From Octopus sinensis (Eukaryota), in NCBI RefSeq assembly GCF_006345805.1, contig NW_021832120.1:314694-378693 (forward strand): DNA of 64,000 bases. Direction: 5' to 3'. Shown here piece by piece: positions 23,360 to 35,804 of the stretch. A model generated the notes under the pieces. The model worked only from the letters and a program-made list of their open reading frames with translations, was not told where the DNA came from and ran no database searches. The number at the start of each line of letters is the position of its first letter. Positions within the stretch are counted from its first letter, which is position 1. The position numbers and the translations under genes were made by a program.

Positions 23360-25330
23360 TATTCTAACGCCTGCTGATAAAAAATGTTTGTCGTCCGTCC
23401 TTCCACGACATATATGAATAAATTTTCTCTTCTGCCTACCCTTGAGCATCCCACATACAGCTATTCATGTGAAAACCATTTGCACTCTTATAAACCTTTA
23501 ATGACTGTCCCTGAGACTTGTTTTATTGACATTGCAAAACTCATTTTTAAAGAAAATTGCAGCTTCAATCTAAACCAGGGGTGTCAAACTCATTTCGCTT
23601 TGAGGGCCGCATTTTGTAACAATTTCGCTTTGAGGGCCGCATTTATAATAATTTCTCATTAAGGGAAGATTAGTTCTGATATTTATTATTAAGAGAAACT
23701 AAATTATTGAATTATCGCCCTTTAATTTTGGTGAGAGCTGCTTCCAGAGGATTGACATCTTTTTTTAGATACAATTTTTGATATGTCAGGCTGAGCTATT
23801 CGTGTAGTTCCGACTTTTATTAAAGAGGATAAATTTTCATCAGTTAGTCGTGTTCTTTGAGCAGTTTTTGTCATTTTCATAAATGAAAAAAGCTGTTCAC
23901 ACACATATGTCGAACCAAACATAGCAATGATTTTTGTTGAAAACTTTTTAAGAATTTTTAAACTTTCCAGGAAGATATGAAAAGAAAGCAGGTATTCCAA
24001 CCTCCAAATATTTAGCTTTAAATATAGAATCTGATTGGATTTCCAATAGTTTCATTTGTAAACTTTCATGTGCATTGGAAACATTAAAAGAGAATGGTGA
24101 TGCGAATAATGAAAATTGTTGTTCAAAAGACGAAAAATCATTAAATCTTTCTTGAAATTCCTTTAACAACGATTCTAGTTGTCTTTCATACTGAGAAAAA
24201 TTCATTACATTATGTGCATCACAACAGTATTCCTGAGCTCTTTGCACGTAAATCTTCATTTAATAGCTGAAACTTCCATAATTTTATTTTCGAAATAAAA
24301 AACTTGATATGATCTGACAACTAAGTTATGAGCTTGTCTTTGCCCTGCAATTCTAAATTAAGGTCGTTCATATGTGTGGTAATATCCACTGCAAATGCCA
24401 AATGTTTGATTCAAGATTGATTTTCATTTCGTCTGTGTTTTGCACTTTCATCTCCATAAATAAAATTATTTAAATCTTTTAACAACTTTGTGAAGTGATA
24501 ACCACGGACTGGAGTATAAAAAGGAATGTCGCTGAACTGATTATTAATATCTGTCAGCAGTTTACTAAACTGCCGTGGTTGAGGGGATGACCTCTGATAT
24601 AGTCTACTGTTTTCGTGACCAAACTAACGGTATTTTCCACTTTTAATATCTTTGAGCACGAATATTTCTGATGAATAATACAATTAAAATGAGCATGCTA
24701 GATGAAATATTCGAATTTTAACAAATCAGACTTTAATTGGTGTTTCAAATTTCATGCCATTTCATTAATGTGTTCGGAAACAGTGTTTCTTGTTAATGAA
24801 ATATCTTTAAACAAGATAAATTTTTTCAAGAGCATGAAATAATTGTATGATAGATGATTAGATTGATAATGCCTCTTTAGGTTGTATTCTTTCGGTATAG
24901 CGATAAACTTGTTACATATCAAAAAATGTATTTTTCCATCAACCATTGTGCAAAAATAGAAAAGTTCCCATTTATCTTGAAACACTCTCCGTTCATCTTT
25001 CAAGGAGCATTTCTTTTTTATTCAAGAAGAAGCACGTGACATTAACAAACACGATTTAAAAATACAATTAAAAATTTTAATTAAATGTAAAAAAATAAAA
25101 AATAATTTTTTGCATTTTATAGCCATTAAATCAGACCGCACTTATGTTTGGCAAAGTACGCTGAGGGCCGCACCTATGTCTTTCGAGGGCCACATGCGGC
25201 CCGCGGGCCGCATGTTTGACACCCCTGATCTAAACGGTAATTCATCAGAATAATTGGCAGGATCTAAAATCACCTGCCAATACAACTATTACCCCCAAAC
25301 AGCAGTTCGTTACAATTAATCTATTATGCG
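23360..25330 (-). mobile_element. Helitron PIF1-type helicase fragments (23360-23575 and 25228-25330) split by the 23576-25227 hAT
   Basis: After removing the hAT: VVLAGDFR...LPFRLKLQF..MSFAMSINKSQGQSL...FSH..LYVGCSRVG...NIFYQQALE*. Confidence 0.75.
23576..25227 (-). mobile_element. hAT (SPIN/GTF2IRD2-like) internally deleted element
   Basis: TIR CAGGGGTGTCAAAC at both ends; perfect TSD ATCTAAAC (23568-23575, 25228-25235); RVFQDKWE, FGSTYVCEQLFS. Confidence 0.93.
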
Positions 25331-25339
25331 AAACTGAAG

Positions 25340-25500
25340 ATAGTACCCATTGTATTAACATGGGATGGGCTGGTTACTCAAAAATTTCTACAATATGTAC
25401 ATTCGCTTAACATCAGTGAGAGAACGTATGCATACATTCAATTACTCACTATAAAGAAGACCCTTGAGGTCACTGTTTGTTTCTTATAAAAACAGAGTTG
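25340..25500 (+). mobile_element. R4/Dong-like RLE fragment
   Basis: KLKIVPIVLTWDGLVT...YAYIQLLTIKKTLE. Confidence 0.7.
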
Positions 25501-25789
25501 AACCGTGGGAAAGAACGCTTGAACTGGACAAAAGAATAAACGATATTTATCACCAAATTAGTATGACTTCAACATCGCCCCTGCCTGTCAATACCTCGAA
25601 GGGAAAGAGGCTGGCTTGCCTACCTGAATCACTTTGGGAATAGAGAGTGTAGCGATCAGAAGGATAAGTTTAATTAATATCTGGATTTGATAATTTGTTT
25701 TTGGAAATTATTCCAAAATAAATTTAATATCAAATTTATTCTCAGAAGAAAACTCTTGCTTAACAGAATCAGCTGTAAATCAATACACT

Positions 25790-26620
25790 CGATAATGTTT
25801 AAATGTGAGGAGTCAAATATCGACGTATCTACTTATTTGCAATGAATCTAAAAATGGAACAATGGTCCACGGGGCAAAGCATTGTACTGTCTTTTGCAAG
25901 ATAGGAATTTGTTCTTTGCATACAAAGGATCACTCTGCGTCCATGGTAAAAAAGCAAGCAGACTGTTGACCATATAGCCACGCGATGTGGTAGGATTCTA
26001 AAAACTGATTTCTCAAAGACATAATGAAGTTGTTAAGTGTGTTCATCTTCACTTATGTCGAAGTATGGAATTAAACAAAACAGGAAATTGAAAGGACATT
26101 TGGTTCTGTCGATAATATCGACCCAAAATGTAGAAATCAGAGTTGACACGTTAATTATGACTGAAACGAAAGTCCAGTTCAATAAACATGACATTTTTGA
26201 TTACGAAAAAAGAAATAAATTTAGTAATCAAAGTGGGCATTACCTCAAAAGATAGTTTAAAGAAAGTTAAAGTGGATAAATTTAACAAATACGACCTCTT
26301 TGCAGACAAACTGTCGATCCTCTTTAAAGCGAAAGTAAAGATTATTCCAATTGTCTCGAAATGGGATGGATTTGCGGCAAAATTTTTTAAAATTCATAGG
26401 GATAAGTTATCCATTAAAGTAGGAACTAGGACATAACCAGGCGGTTGTGCTGAAGAGGACGCTGAAGAGTATGTTTATTGAACAGACACGGACTGAAAGT
26501 AGACAATGAAGAGTACTCCTCTGCTGCCAATCAACTTGCGGAGGTGGCATATCGCAAAGACACGCAGCTGAACAATTACTTTGAAGCAGAAATGGAAAAT
26601 TAAGGGAAGTTTGTGGAAAA
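25790..26620 (+). mobile_element. R4/Dong-like non-LTR 3' end, degenerate
   Basis: ALYCLLQDRNLFF, RHNEVVK, VEIRVDT, KVGITS, KYDLFA, IIPIVSKWDG. Confidence 0.8.
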
Positions 26621-26759
26621 CTCTTCTTATTTATTAAAAAATCACTTATTTATTATTTATCCAAGCAAAGAAAAAAATCACTGACGATTTGGATTCTTAA
26701 TTAAATAATTTAAAATAGAATTTACATGATTAATAATAAAAAAAGTTATGTAAAACTGG

Positions 26760-26860
26760 TCCGTTCAAAACCGGTGACATGTGTAACCTTGAATGGCTTT
26801 TTCAACGGATCGCGATATTACGTGGGGATTGCCTGTCAATCCGTGAGGAGTGCAACTAAT
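26760..26860 (+). mobile_element. CRE-like extreme 3' fragment
   Basis: LEWLFQRIAILRGDCLSIRE. Confidence 0.55.
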
Positions 26861-27235
26861 TTAAATTAGAAACAGTTCTTTCATGCAATAAAATATATGA
26901 TAAAAACCTAAGATGTGTATTTTACTTTCATTTTTCCAATGCTTTTTTAATCTAACTGTTTATATATACTTGGAGGCTTTCTTTGATCTTTAGAAGGTCC
27001 ATATTTTTTTGAAAAATGTAGACAACTCAGGAACGGACAAATGGAACAAGATGAAGTAAACTTTATAGTTATTTAATCTTGAAAGTAAATGCTCCCCTCA
27101 GGTTGTTGATCATTTATTTAATTTAGAGAATAACCCCCGTAATAATCACCTCAGATGTGCCTATAACTTTTTGACGTAATCAGCAACACCACAAAGATTG
27201 AGCAATTTGTATGTAATACATTTGAATACATATAA

Positions 27236-28260
27236 TCATAATTTTTTATATAGACGGCCAATACGCTTCCATCCATCACCTCGCTGTTTAATGGGGGATG
27301 AATATATTGACACATTCCTCACAACACGCGACAACACTCCAACATTCTTTGTCCCCTCACAACAAGAAGTACTCATAGACTTTGAAAACCTGGCCAACAT
27401 CCTCTCATTCTCCTTCTTACATTGCTTTCCCATAAAACAAATCACTAACCACATAATATTCTCGCCAATTCTGGTCCTCCTTCTTTCCGCGACTGGATCG
27501 AGTATTAATTCTGGCACAATGATCTTTCCACAATGACTGTGTGTGACTCACAAACATCTAAAAGTCACCAAAACACACAACAGGATTAAAATACTCAATC
27601 CTCGCCAACTGCTCGGGAGTGCACTTTTCCAAGACGGGCCAGAACAACTGCAGAGGGACCAATCCGACGTGTTCTATCTCTACAACACCGACAATACGAA
27701 TACTGTTGATATACCCTAACAAATGTTCCAGACACAGGGATTTTAAGGATGACACGTCTGTCCACATTATTTAATTCCTTACCCTTATTCACTCTTTTTT
27801 GTCCTGAAAACACCCGCGTTTTTGATGTTTTTTTTGAAAGTGACAAATCTTGGACTTGGCTTGTCCTCGAAGGCCTATCCAAAATCGAGTCCACGATCTA
27901 CACTCTCAGTCCTTCAACCACCTTATTCACTGCCTTCCGAGGGATCCGAGTCTTAGGAAATATATTTTGTTGAGGAATTTGGGCTTGTCGATGGGCACAG
28001 GGAGACCATCATTTTTGTTGATCAGATCAACGTTGCGGACAGTTGCCAGGATTAGGGTCTTCTAGTCTCTGATGAGAGCACGGGCCATAAAGCCCACCGA
28101 GCCAGGATGGTTTCGGAAGAGAGCGACCGTCCTTCCTATGCCTGACACTGCGATTGTACAAAACTCGATGTTTTTCATATTTTTGAGTTTATTTAAACAG
28201 TTTTTGATCTACTTTTATTTCTAAAAATATACTCGACTGGAGTCAGGGAAGTCATTTAAA
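27236..28260 (-). pseudogene. ELOA: Elongin A pseudogene (TFIIS-N domain plus Elongin A domain)
   Basis: SGIGRTVALFRNHPGSVGFMARALIRD*K (W to TAG), RVFSGQK, SLKSLCLEHL, PVLEKCTPEQLARIEYFNP, LWKDHC, WREYY; short introns retained. Confidence 0.8.
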
Positions 28261-29959
28261 ATTCCTTTGACTACAAGAACCTCATCAAGTGACATTAATA
28301 TAATAATTTATAACTTTCCTCCCACATTAACATAATAAATCAAAAAAATACAAAAATCTGTTTAATTAAAAAATAGTCCTTTCAACTGAGGGGTATAGTC
28401 TTGCTCATACCATTAATCTCCAACAGGGCCACATCCGGGATAAATGCTTGTTTAATTTTTGGTTGATACAAACCCCAGGCCGTAGTGAAATGTCGTTTGG
28501 AGTGTGCTATTTTAGAGTTTCCATGTTCTTTTATTTTCTTACGTTTCGGGGAACAGATGGTCAGCTCGTGTTGTTACAGATCTCTTGAAGTTTTTGATAC
28601 ACGAGATTGAGTCTTGGGATAAAAGCGTGAGAAAGACATTTGTGCAAAAGAGGACCTTCACCACCTCAACAAAAAACTTTTCTTTTTCCTCGTAAATCAC
28701 GTTTTTAGGTTGGAAATAACATCTTTGAACTAAAAGACACAATAACGCAGAATTTATCAAATCTATCAACTTAAAATAGCCATTGGGCATTTTTTTCTGT
28801 CTCTAAAAAAGAGAAATGATGTCATCAGTAACAGTCCATTGAACTTGTCGTATAAAGACATAATACAGTCAATCCTTTGCGGAGATGTCCCTATGGACGC
28901 TGATGACTAATCAACCCCTAGAAGAATGGTCGAGGAGCATGTTAGCAATGAATATTGATGTGTGTTAGTTTAGGCATCACCAGTGAACAACATTCGTCTA
29001 TATACTTTTCAGATGTATCCCTGTCTCAGTGAAGGAGATTTAATTATTTCCAGAGGCACCAAATAATCGAAAATATCCCAATCGTATGATCAAATCGATT
29101 CAACTATATACCAAATATCCCAAGTGGCTAAAGATACGTACGAGCTTAAAGATATCAATAATTTGACTGATGATAAAAGAATTCGTTGAGAAATCAATTA
29201 TTATACAATCTATTAGGTAAGATCTTTGTGGATTTGCCAAAGTTCAAATTTGAACTCCTAACAAAAACAAAAATTATGTTAAATTAATATTAGAAAATAA
29301 CTTTTCTCCTAACATAGTTTGATCCACAGTCAAAAAACTTTAACAATTAAATTATTCAAACTGCCTTTCTTATTTGAAATTAAATTAATTATTTTGTATA
29401 TCTAACGTTGAGAGGCCCAAAAATTTCGAATAAGTTGATAATTACTCGATTCCTCAATTTATAAAATGTAATGTAACTCACATAATTTACAAATAAAAGC
29501 ATTCCATTAGGTGTAATTAAAATTCTGTGGGATATTTTCACAAATATTTTTTCAGCCGACACGGAGGAAAATTGCGATACTTAAAGAATTCTTGTCCACC
29601 AGATCCCGATGGAAGGCATAGTCTTTGAGTGTTGAATGCAGAATCGGGCAGCCTCAAGCCAAACTGACGAACCCACCGACTACAAGCAACAGAATAATTG
29701 TCTTTCGGTAAGGTTTCTTACAAAGATGTCTGTGAGAATACTTAAAGTAGAGTGAGGGGATAGGAAAGCAGGAAGAACCAGATCTGGATCAAATTAAATT
29801 GCCTAGGAAAGTGCCATGATCAAATGGGAAAAAATATTGTACTTTCAAGGATAAAAATCCTTATACAGCGCTAGGTCAGTCAAAAAGTTATTCATCACAG
29901 ATTAAACAGGATTTGACATTTCTGTATTATGACATACATGGTAGTGGGACCCATTAGAG

Positions 29960-30365
29960 CAGTGCTTCCTGATTGGGAGTGCCTGAAATTTTTTGGAGGT
30001 GCCTGAAGTTAAAAAAATAAATTGTAGAGTCAATTTTTTATCTTTATTTTTTTCCATTATTTCAACAAATTATTACATTTCACTATGGAATGCAAAAATA
30101 TCTTTCCTAAAGATTATTCGTTTCTTTAAAACTATCAGCAATTCCTAGCATTCTCTTAACCTTCTTGCAAAAGATATAGAAGTAGTTGACGTTAAAGAAA
30201 CTATCGTAAAAGTAAATACTTTCGGAATGTCCATCTTCCAGTTGTATGGTACAAATCTGCTGGAGGAAAAAAACTTGTTCTTGCAATCGATGTTCGCTGG
30301 AACACTATCAGATTGTTTTGAATCTTATCTGGATAATTTTTTTTAATAAGTATTTGTCAAAATTA
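29960..30365. mobile_element. hAT-like terminus and decayed C-terminal remnant
   Basis: CAGTGCTTCC end preceded by CATTAGAG; weak dimerisation-domain-like translation on minus. Confidence 0.4.
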
Positions 30366-30372
30366 ATGTTGA

Positions 30373-30780
30373 TTAATGAAACGGGCTGGAAGCCGACGCG
30401 ATTGAGAAAGATTTAGAGCGTACTATCGCGAAGGATATCCGCTCGAAAAACCATTTCAATTCGCGGGCGTGGCCTGTGAGAGCGAACATGCGGGATCCGA
30501 TCTCCTGAACGAAACTGATTGCCTTTCCGCCCGAGGAACCGGAAGTCTTAACCGCGAATGGAAGGAGTTGGAACTTCGTCGTAAATGAGGAGTACTTCCA
30601 CATCTTTTTGCATTCCGCGGTTGTGGCGATAGATCCAGGGGCGGATGCGGACATCAGCAGGTTCTGAGACGAGAAAGAGTCCACACACTTGGCATCCCAG
30701 GTAAAAGGCTTCCCCCTGTTGAAGGAAAACACAGTGATCCCGTCAGGCCTTTTCCCATCCCGTCAGGCCTTTCTGAATAA
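30373..30780 (-). mobile_element. CRE-like 3' end
   Basis: RPDG (locally duplicated ~20 bp), GKPFTWDAKCVDSF, FAVKTSG, WFFERISFAIVR. Confidence 0.8.
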
Positions 30781-30789
30781 TTGGTCTAC

Positions 30790-31450
30790 AATTCTGAGAA
30801 TTTGTGAAGAACACAGATCCTATATTGATACAGATATTGCTTCTAAAGTCAAAATATTTGCTTAAAACGTCGTGTTGAAGAATATTTGCGGCTGATTAAA
30901 CCAATTGCTGTCGCTTTAGACAAAATGCAAAATGATTCTACAAAGATTTGCCATTCTGTAGAAATTTAGAAAGAACATGAACAAACTTATATGGACTATG
31001 AATTTATGGCTATTTTAGAAAAGTGAAAACTCGAACTGATCAAGCATTAAAACCTTTCCGCTTACTTCCAAATCTAATGGACCTAGCCTGTAGTGAGAAT
31101 TGACCTTGCTTTTTAATATTGTGCTGAACATTATGAATATGCTTTCCTGACTCTGATTAATTTCAGAGCAAAAGCTGAACCATTTAAGCAATACATGTTG
31201 GATCTAAACTTATTGAGTAAAGTACCACCTATAGCTTGGTGGGAGTCGAACTCTTGTCAGTTATCTTCTAAAACAATTTCACTCTTCAAAAAAATTCTTA
31301 GAACAGCTGGCTCAACAGCTGAAATAGAACGAATTCTTTTGAATTTATGATTTTTTACATTTGAATGTACAAAATAGGCTTAGATTTGAAAAAGACTGCC
31401 AAACTTATCTTCATTTACAAGCTTTTAAATAAATTATTATTAAAAGCACT
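30790..31450 (+). mobile_element. hAT transposase C-terminal remnant
   Basis: LIKPIAVALDKMQND, PIAWWE, STAEIERI. Confidence 0.7.
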
Positions 31451-31479
31451 GCCGAGAAGTCATAAACTAATTAAGCTTC

Positions 31480-33250
31480 CCTTGTGCGCGTGAACAACAA
31501 TACTGTCCCACAACCTTCTCCAGGTGCCTCATTTAGCATCGATGGAAGTGTTGTCCTTGGTCTTCCTCGGAATGCGTCTCCGCATTGCATATTGGCAGTA
31601 CAAACGAGTTGTATATCCTTATTTTCGTTTTTCCAGTAAGCTTCTTTTTAGTTCCCCATAGAGACATAAGCTTTCTAAAGGCTCCATTAGAAAGGATTTT
31701 CCTTCGGGTAACATCCTCTGTGTCTCCCAGGAGCGTTCCCAACTTTTTGCGCCTTCTCCATGATTCATCAATGCGTCTTTCCGATCGGCTTAAGGATATA
31801 TATTCGGTTTTTTCGGTGTTCACAGTGAGAAAGAGAATTTCTCCGTTGTCCGACACAAAGTCCAAGTCATCTGCGTAGGATATTCCGTGATAATCATTTT
31901 TTATAACTGATTTAAAGTCCCTCAGAGCGGCCTCAAGATACACAATAAAAAGCACGGGAGATAGCGAGTCTCCTTGTGGAACACCCCGTGTTGTTTCGAA
32001 GTATCTTGATGTCGTCTTTCCGACTTTAACGGCAAGTTGGGTGTTCACTAGGAGAAGGTTTATCATTCTTGTTTCGTCTGAATGGAGGAAGCTCTTTAAT
32101 ACTTCCATAAGGAGCCCTCTGTGAATGGAGTCGAAGGCCCGAGTCATGTCTACCCCAAGAATTTCAATACACTTTTTATATTTTTGGCACAGGGCACCAG
32201 TCCATCAGTATGTCCAAATTACATCACCTGTTGATCTTCCCTCCCTGAATCCACTCTGTCCATGGGATAGAAAACTGTTTACTCGGTCTTTGATTCGAGT
32301 CAGTATAATTAGCGATAATGTCTATCTCAATGTTGATAGCAGAATAATCGGCCTCAGGTTGCCAGGAGGTCCTCTCGGTTTCCCGGGTTTTGGTAGTGGA
32401 ATTAACAATCCTTTCCAATATCTAAGTTTCCGTTTTCTTTAATTGCTTTGTTCAGTATGTGTGTGATCACTTCGGCCAGCTCGATTGGTCTAAATTTGAG
32501 GAGCTCTGCAGGAATGTCGTCTGGTCCGGGGGACTTTTGCAGTTTAATTTCTTAATGGCATCCATAGTTTCTGTAATATTAATATGACTGATTATTCGAG
32601 TGTCTTGAATGTTCAGAATTTCATTGACTTCGCTATTTTGGTTGAAAATTTCGTGGAAATATTCCGAAATGATTGCAGTTTTTTCAGGTTCACTAATAAC
32701 TGTTCTTCCAAGTTTATCATGCACAGTAATATGGTTTGTTCTTTTTCCTCTGTTTATTAAACGAACAGCTTTTAACATCCTCGTTCCATTCTTATATTTT
32801 TCAATTTCAGCCACTTGCTCCTCAACTTCTTTTCGTAATTGACGTTTTCTCCGTCCATAATATGTTTGCCGGCTGGCTTATGTCAATTTTGTTAATTTCT
32901 CTTCTGAGATTTTCACTGTACTCAATTCTCTTTGATTTGTCGTAAACAAGTTTCTCTGTGTCGATGGTTTCCATTTGTCCTGTTCTTTGTACGCCAACTG
33001 TCCCATGTAATCTCTTTAAAACAATCCTAGTCACAACCACTTAATGATCACTGCTGGTTTCAAGGCCATCTCTTTAAAACAATCGTCTCTTGGAGACAGC
33101 AGATACTGACACGGTGATTCCAGAGATCCCGTGCAAGTTGGTGCTGTTTGTAAATGGATTTCAGTCCTCTTGTGTTAAAGCTCCCAAGTGAAAACGTGGG
33201 GGACGTCGTGAAAGTTGTAAAACGCGAAAAACACATATCCGTAACAGACA
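31480..33250 (-). mobile_element. RTE-clade LINE, internally deleted and frameshifted
   Basis: GSFNTRGL...CCLQET jumps to SDH; RT motifs RAFDSIHR, GVPQGDSLSP, YADDL. Confidence 0.88.
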
Positions 33251-33671
33251 GAGGTAAGTCACCACCTCAACCAAAAAAATAAATAAATACGATTTCTATT
33301 TTTCTATTTATTTTGAACAAAAATCATTTATTTCATAGAAATCTGATTTAAATCAAAACAATCCTGTTTAATCAAAAAATGTATAAAAAAAATTTAACAA
33401 CCCTGATTTTAAGAATCTTCTAGCCAAAGCACATTTCAAGCAAATGCCTCTACTTCCATTAGAATATACACCCCTAAACGGAGAAATAAGTAACAAAAGG
33501 GACTTATTCGGTCACATTTTGAAATGGACAAGAAAAATCTCACGATTTAAGGTCCCAGACGATTTAAGGTCCTGAGAAAGCTTTCAAGAAACAGAAAGAA
33601 TTGGAAACAATCGATAAAACCAGGAATATTTTTAAGGAACAAAACCCAAAAAACAGAAAATGACAAATAAA

Positions 33672-35450
33672 CTAAGAGATAGCAATTGGACTGGTCTCAT
33701 TCCTGAGCCAATCAATCAAATAAGCAGGCTTATTTTGTCGTTTTAATTCATTTCCAACAACCTCAAATACCCGCTGATGATACTCATTAATCCATTCAAT
33801 CTATAATATAAACATCACTCAATAAACCTCACCTAAACACAACATTTCCACTAAAATCAACTTTTTCTGAATAGGGAAAAGAGTTATTGTTTTAAACTGA
33901 CAAAATCCTTCAAAATCCGACTGGATTACTTTCACTAAACTCTCAATTCTGATCCCCAACAACCCATCCTCGAAGTACCCAGGCTCTACCATAGAAATTC
34001 AACAAAAACCATTGCTGAGAATCATTCCAGGGACTAATGGAATGTCATCTACTCGACTCCTGAGAGATATCCCCATCGGTCCTACAGATAACTAACCGTG
34101 GACTAACCTTCATAAACATTGAGACAACATCCAACTCCGTGACCAGTCCCATGTTGATAATCCCGCCCTTTATTCCACAAAAACTGCCTTGCCAGTGTAT
34201 CCAGTCTATTTCCTGGAATGTCAGACTAGACTAAACAACCAGTTGTCTTTGGTGGAAAAATAGCTCTTGCTAAAGCTATATGGCCACGGAGGACTCTTGT
34301 GAACATTTCCCTCTCATATTCAGTCGGAGATCCAAAATGGACAGTCCTCGTGACATCTGTGGTCCCTTCCCTGCATATTCAAATGTAACAACATACAAAT
34401 ATTGTCCCCCAGAGTCACATAAATATAATAAACCTACAGCTAAAATCACGTGATATACCCTCTTAGATCATTCACCAGACACTAGCCTTATATTCATCGA
34501 CCTCCTCTCCTTCAATAACTCTCTTTTCCAGCAAATAAAAAAGCTCAGTAAGAGCCACTGCATCTTTAAGATAGGCTAATTTCATTCCAGCTAATTCCGT
34601 TGGGTTCTTCACTGCCTTCAATCTACTTAGTCTGGTGATTTGGCGTATCGATTTCTTTGACACAAAAATAACTGCTCTTTTTAGGAATCTCCATTTTTAT
34701 CAAAAAAGAAACACCCAGCATAATTCTTGGGGACAAATCAGAGACCGAAGACGCGGAAATGTGTTACTGTATTTTTCCAAAGTAATTTTTTGAGAAGAAA
34801 AATATCCTCCGTTGACTTGAGAAATTCCAAGATGTCTCAAAACCGCAGAATCAACACGTGATTTGTCGTGGATAAAGAGAAATACCTCTTTTTTGGGTAA
34901 TGATTACATAAGATAGAAACACTGGATTGTAATTTATTTCAGATCCCCTTAAATTGAGCAACCCTTTAATAAGAAATGACCACTAACAGGCAATCTCGTC
35001 CAAGGGAGTCACCAAATGTACAGAAACTCTTTCGGCTTTCATATTTTCTCGGACTTTTTCGACCTTCTCTTCCCAGGAAAGTCCCGTAAATTTGATTTCG
35101 AGTGGAAAAATCCTTGATTTGGGCACTGCTGGTCTTTCCTTCCAAATTTTATCCACCAAATTGTCCTGAACTGCAATAAAACCAAGTTTTTTTCTTTCCA
35201 ATCTTGCTGAAAGTGACTCCCACTGGTCTAAAATATAAAATAACTAAAACTACTGAAATCTAGAAGGGCTGGATCTATATAACGAAAATTCGGTTAGAAT
35301 CAATTAGTCTTAACAATGTTTAAGAGTGAATCAAAATTGCGTAAAACCCCTACTTATTCGAGTAACTACAAGCCAATTTGTTGCCATTTCAAGGGTTATT
35401 GTTAAAGAGCTATTTGGTTATCAATTGTCACTGTGCTTCAGATTAAAATT
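33672..35450 (-). pseudogene. XPNPEP1: Xaa-Pro aminopeptidase 1 pseudogene
   Basis: [67 protein letters not shown]; at least seven 24-28 nt introns; frameshifts, stops and a missing ~40-aa block. Confidence 0.88.
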
Positions 35451-35804
35451 CGATAATAACAAAATTTTACTTCAAAATATTATTTCTGCTGGTTAAGTAA
35501 AAGAAATTGATTTTAACGTGTCAACATTGCTAGGATAGATTCTCAAAACTCATCCCATTATTATTTATCTCAAAAAAATGAAGAAAGCTAAAATTGGATT
35601 TTGACAAATAATAAAATTATCGGACAGTAATTTTTTCCAGTAAATATTGCAACTAAGCGCATCTAATTGGACTATTAGAAACGAATGTTTGGCAATTGTA
35701 TGTTTTCTAATGCTTTAAATAATGTAATGCTTTAAATTGCGTATTATTTAATAAAATAATTTTGAGAATGTCTATACGATGGTCGAGGTCGATATACCGG
35801 GAAA

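Noticed and set aside
26828-26845. 18S rRNA-like motif GGATTGACAG on minus
   Set aside because: A 10-mer coincidence inside a CRE coding fragment; no rRNA context.
28470-28790. Possible Ski2/Brr2-like helicase fragment (NSTLQTTFHYGLGF)
   Set aside because: Only a weak single-motif resemblance; needs TBLASTN.
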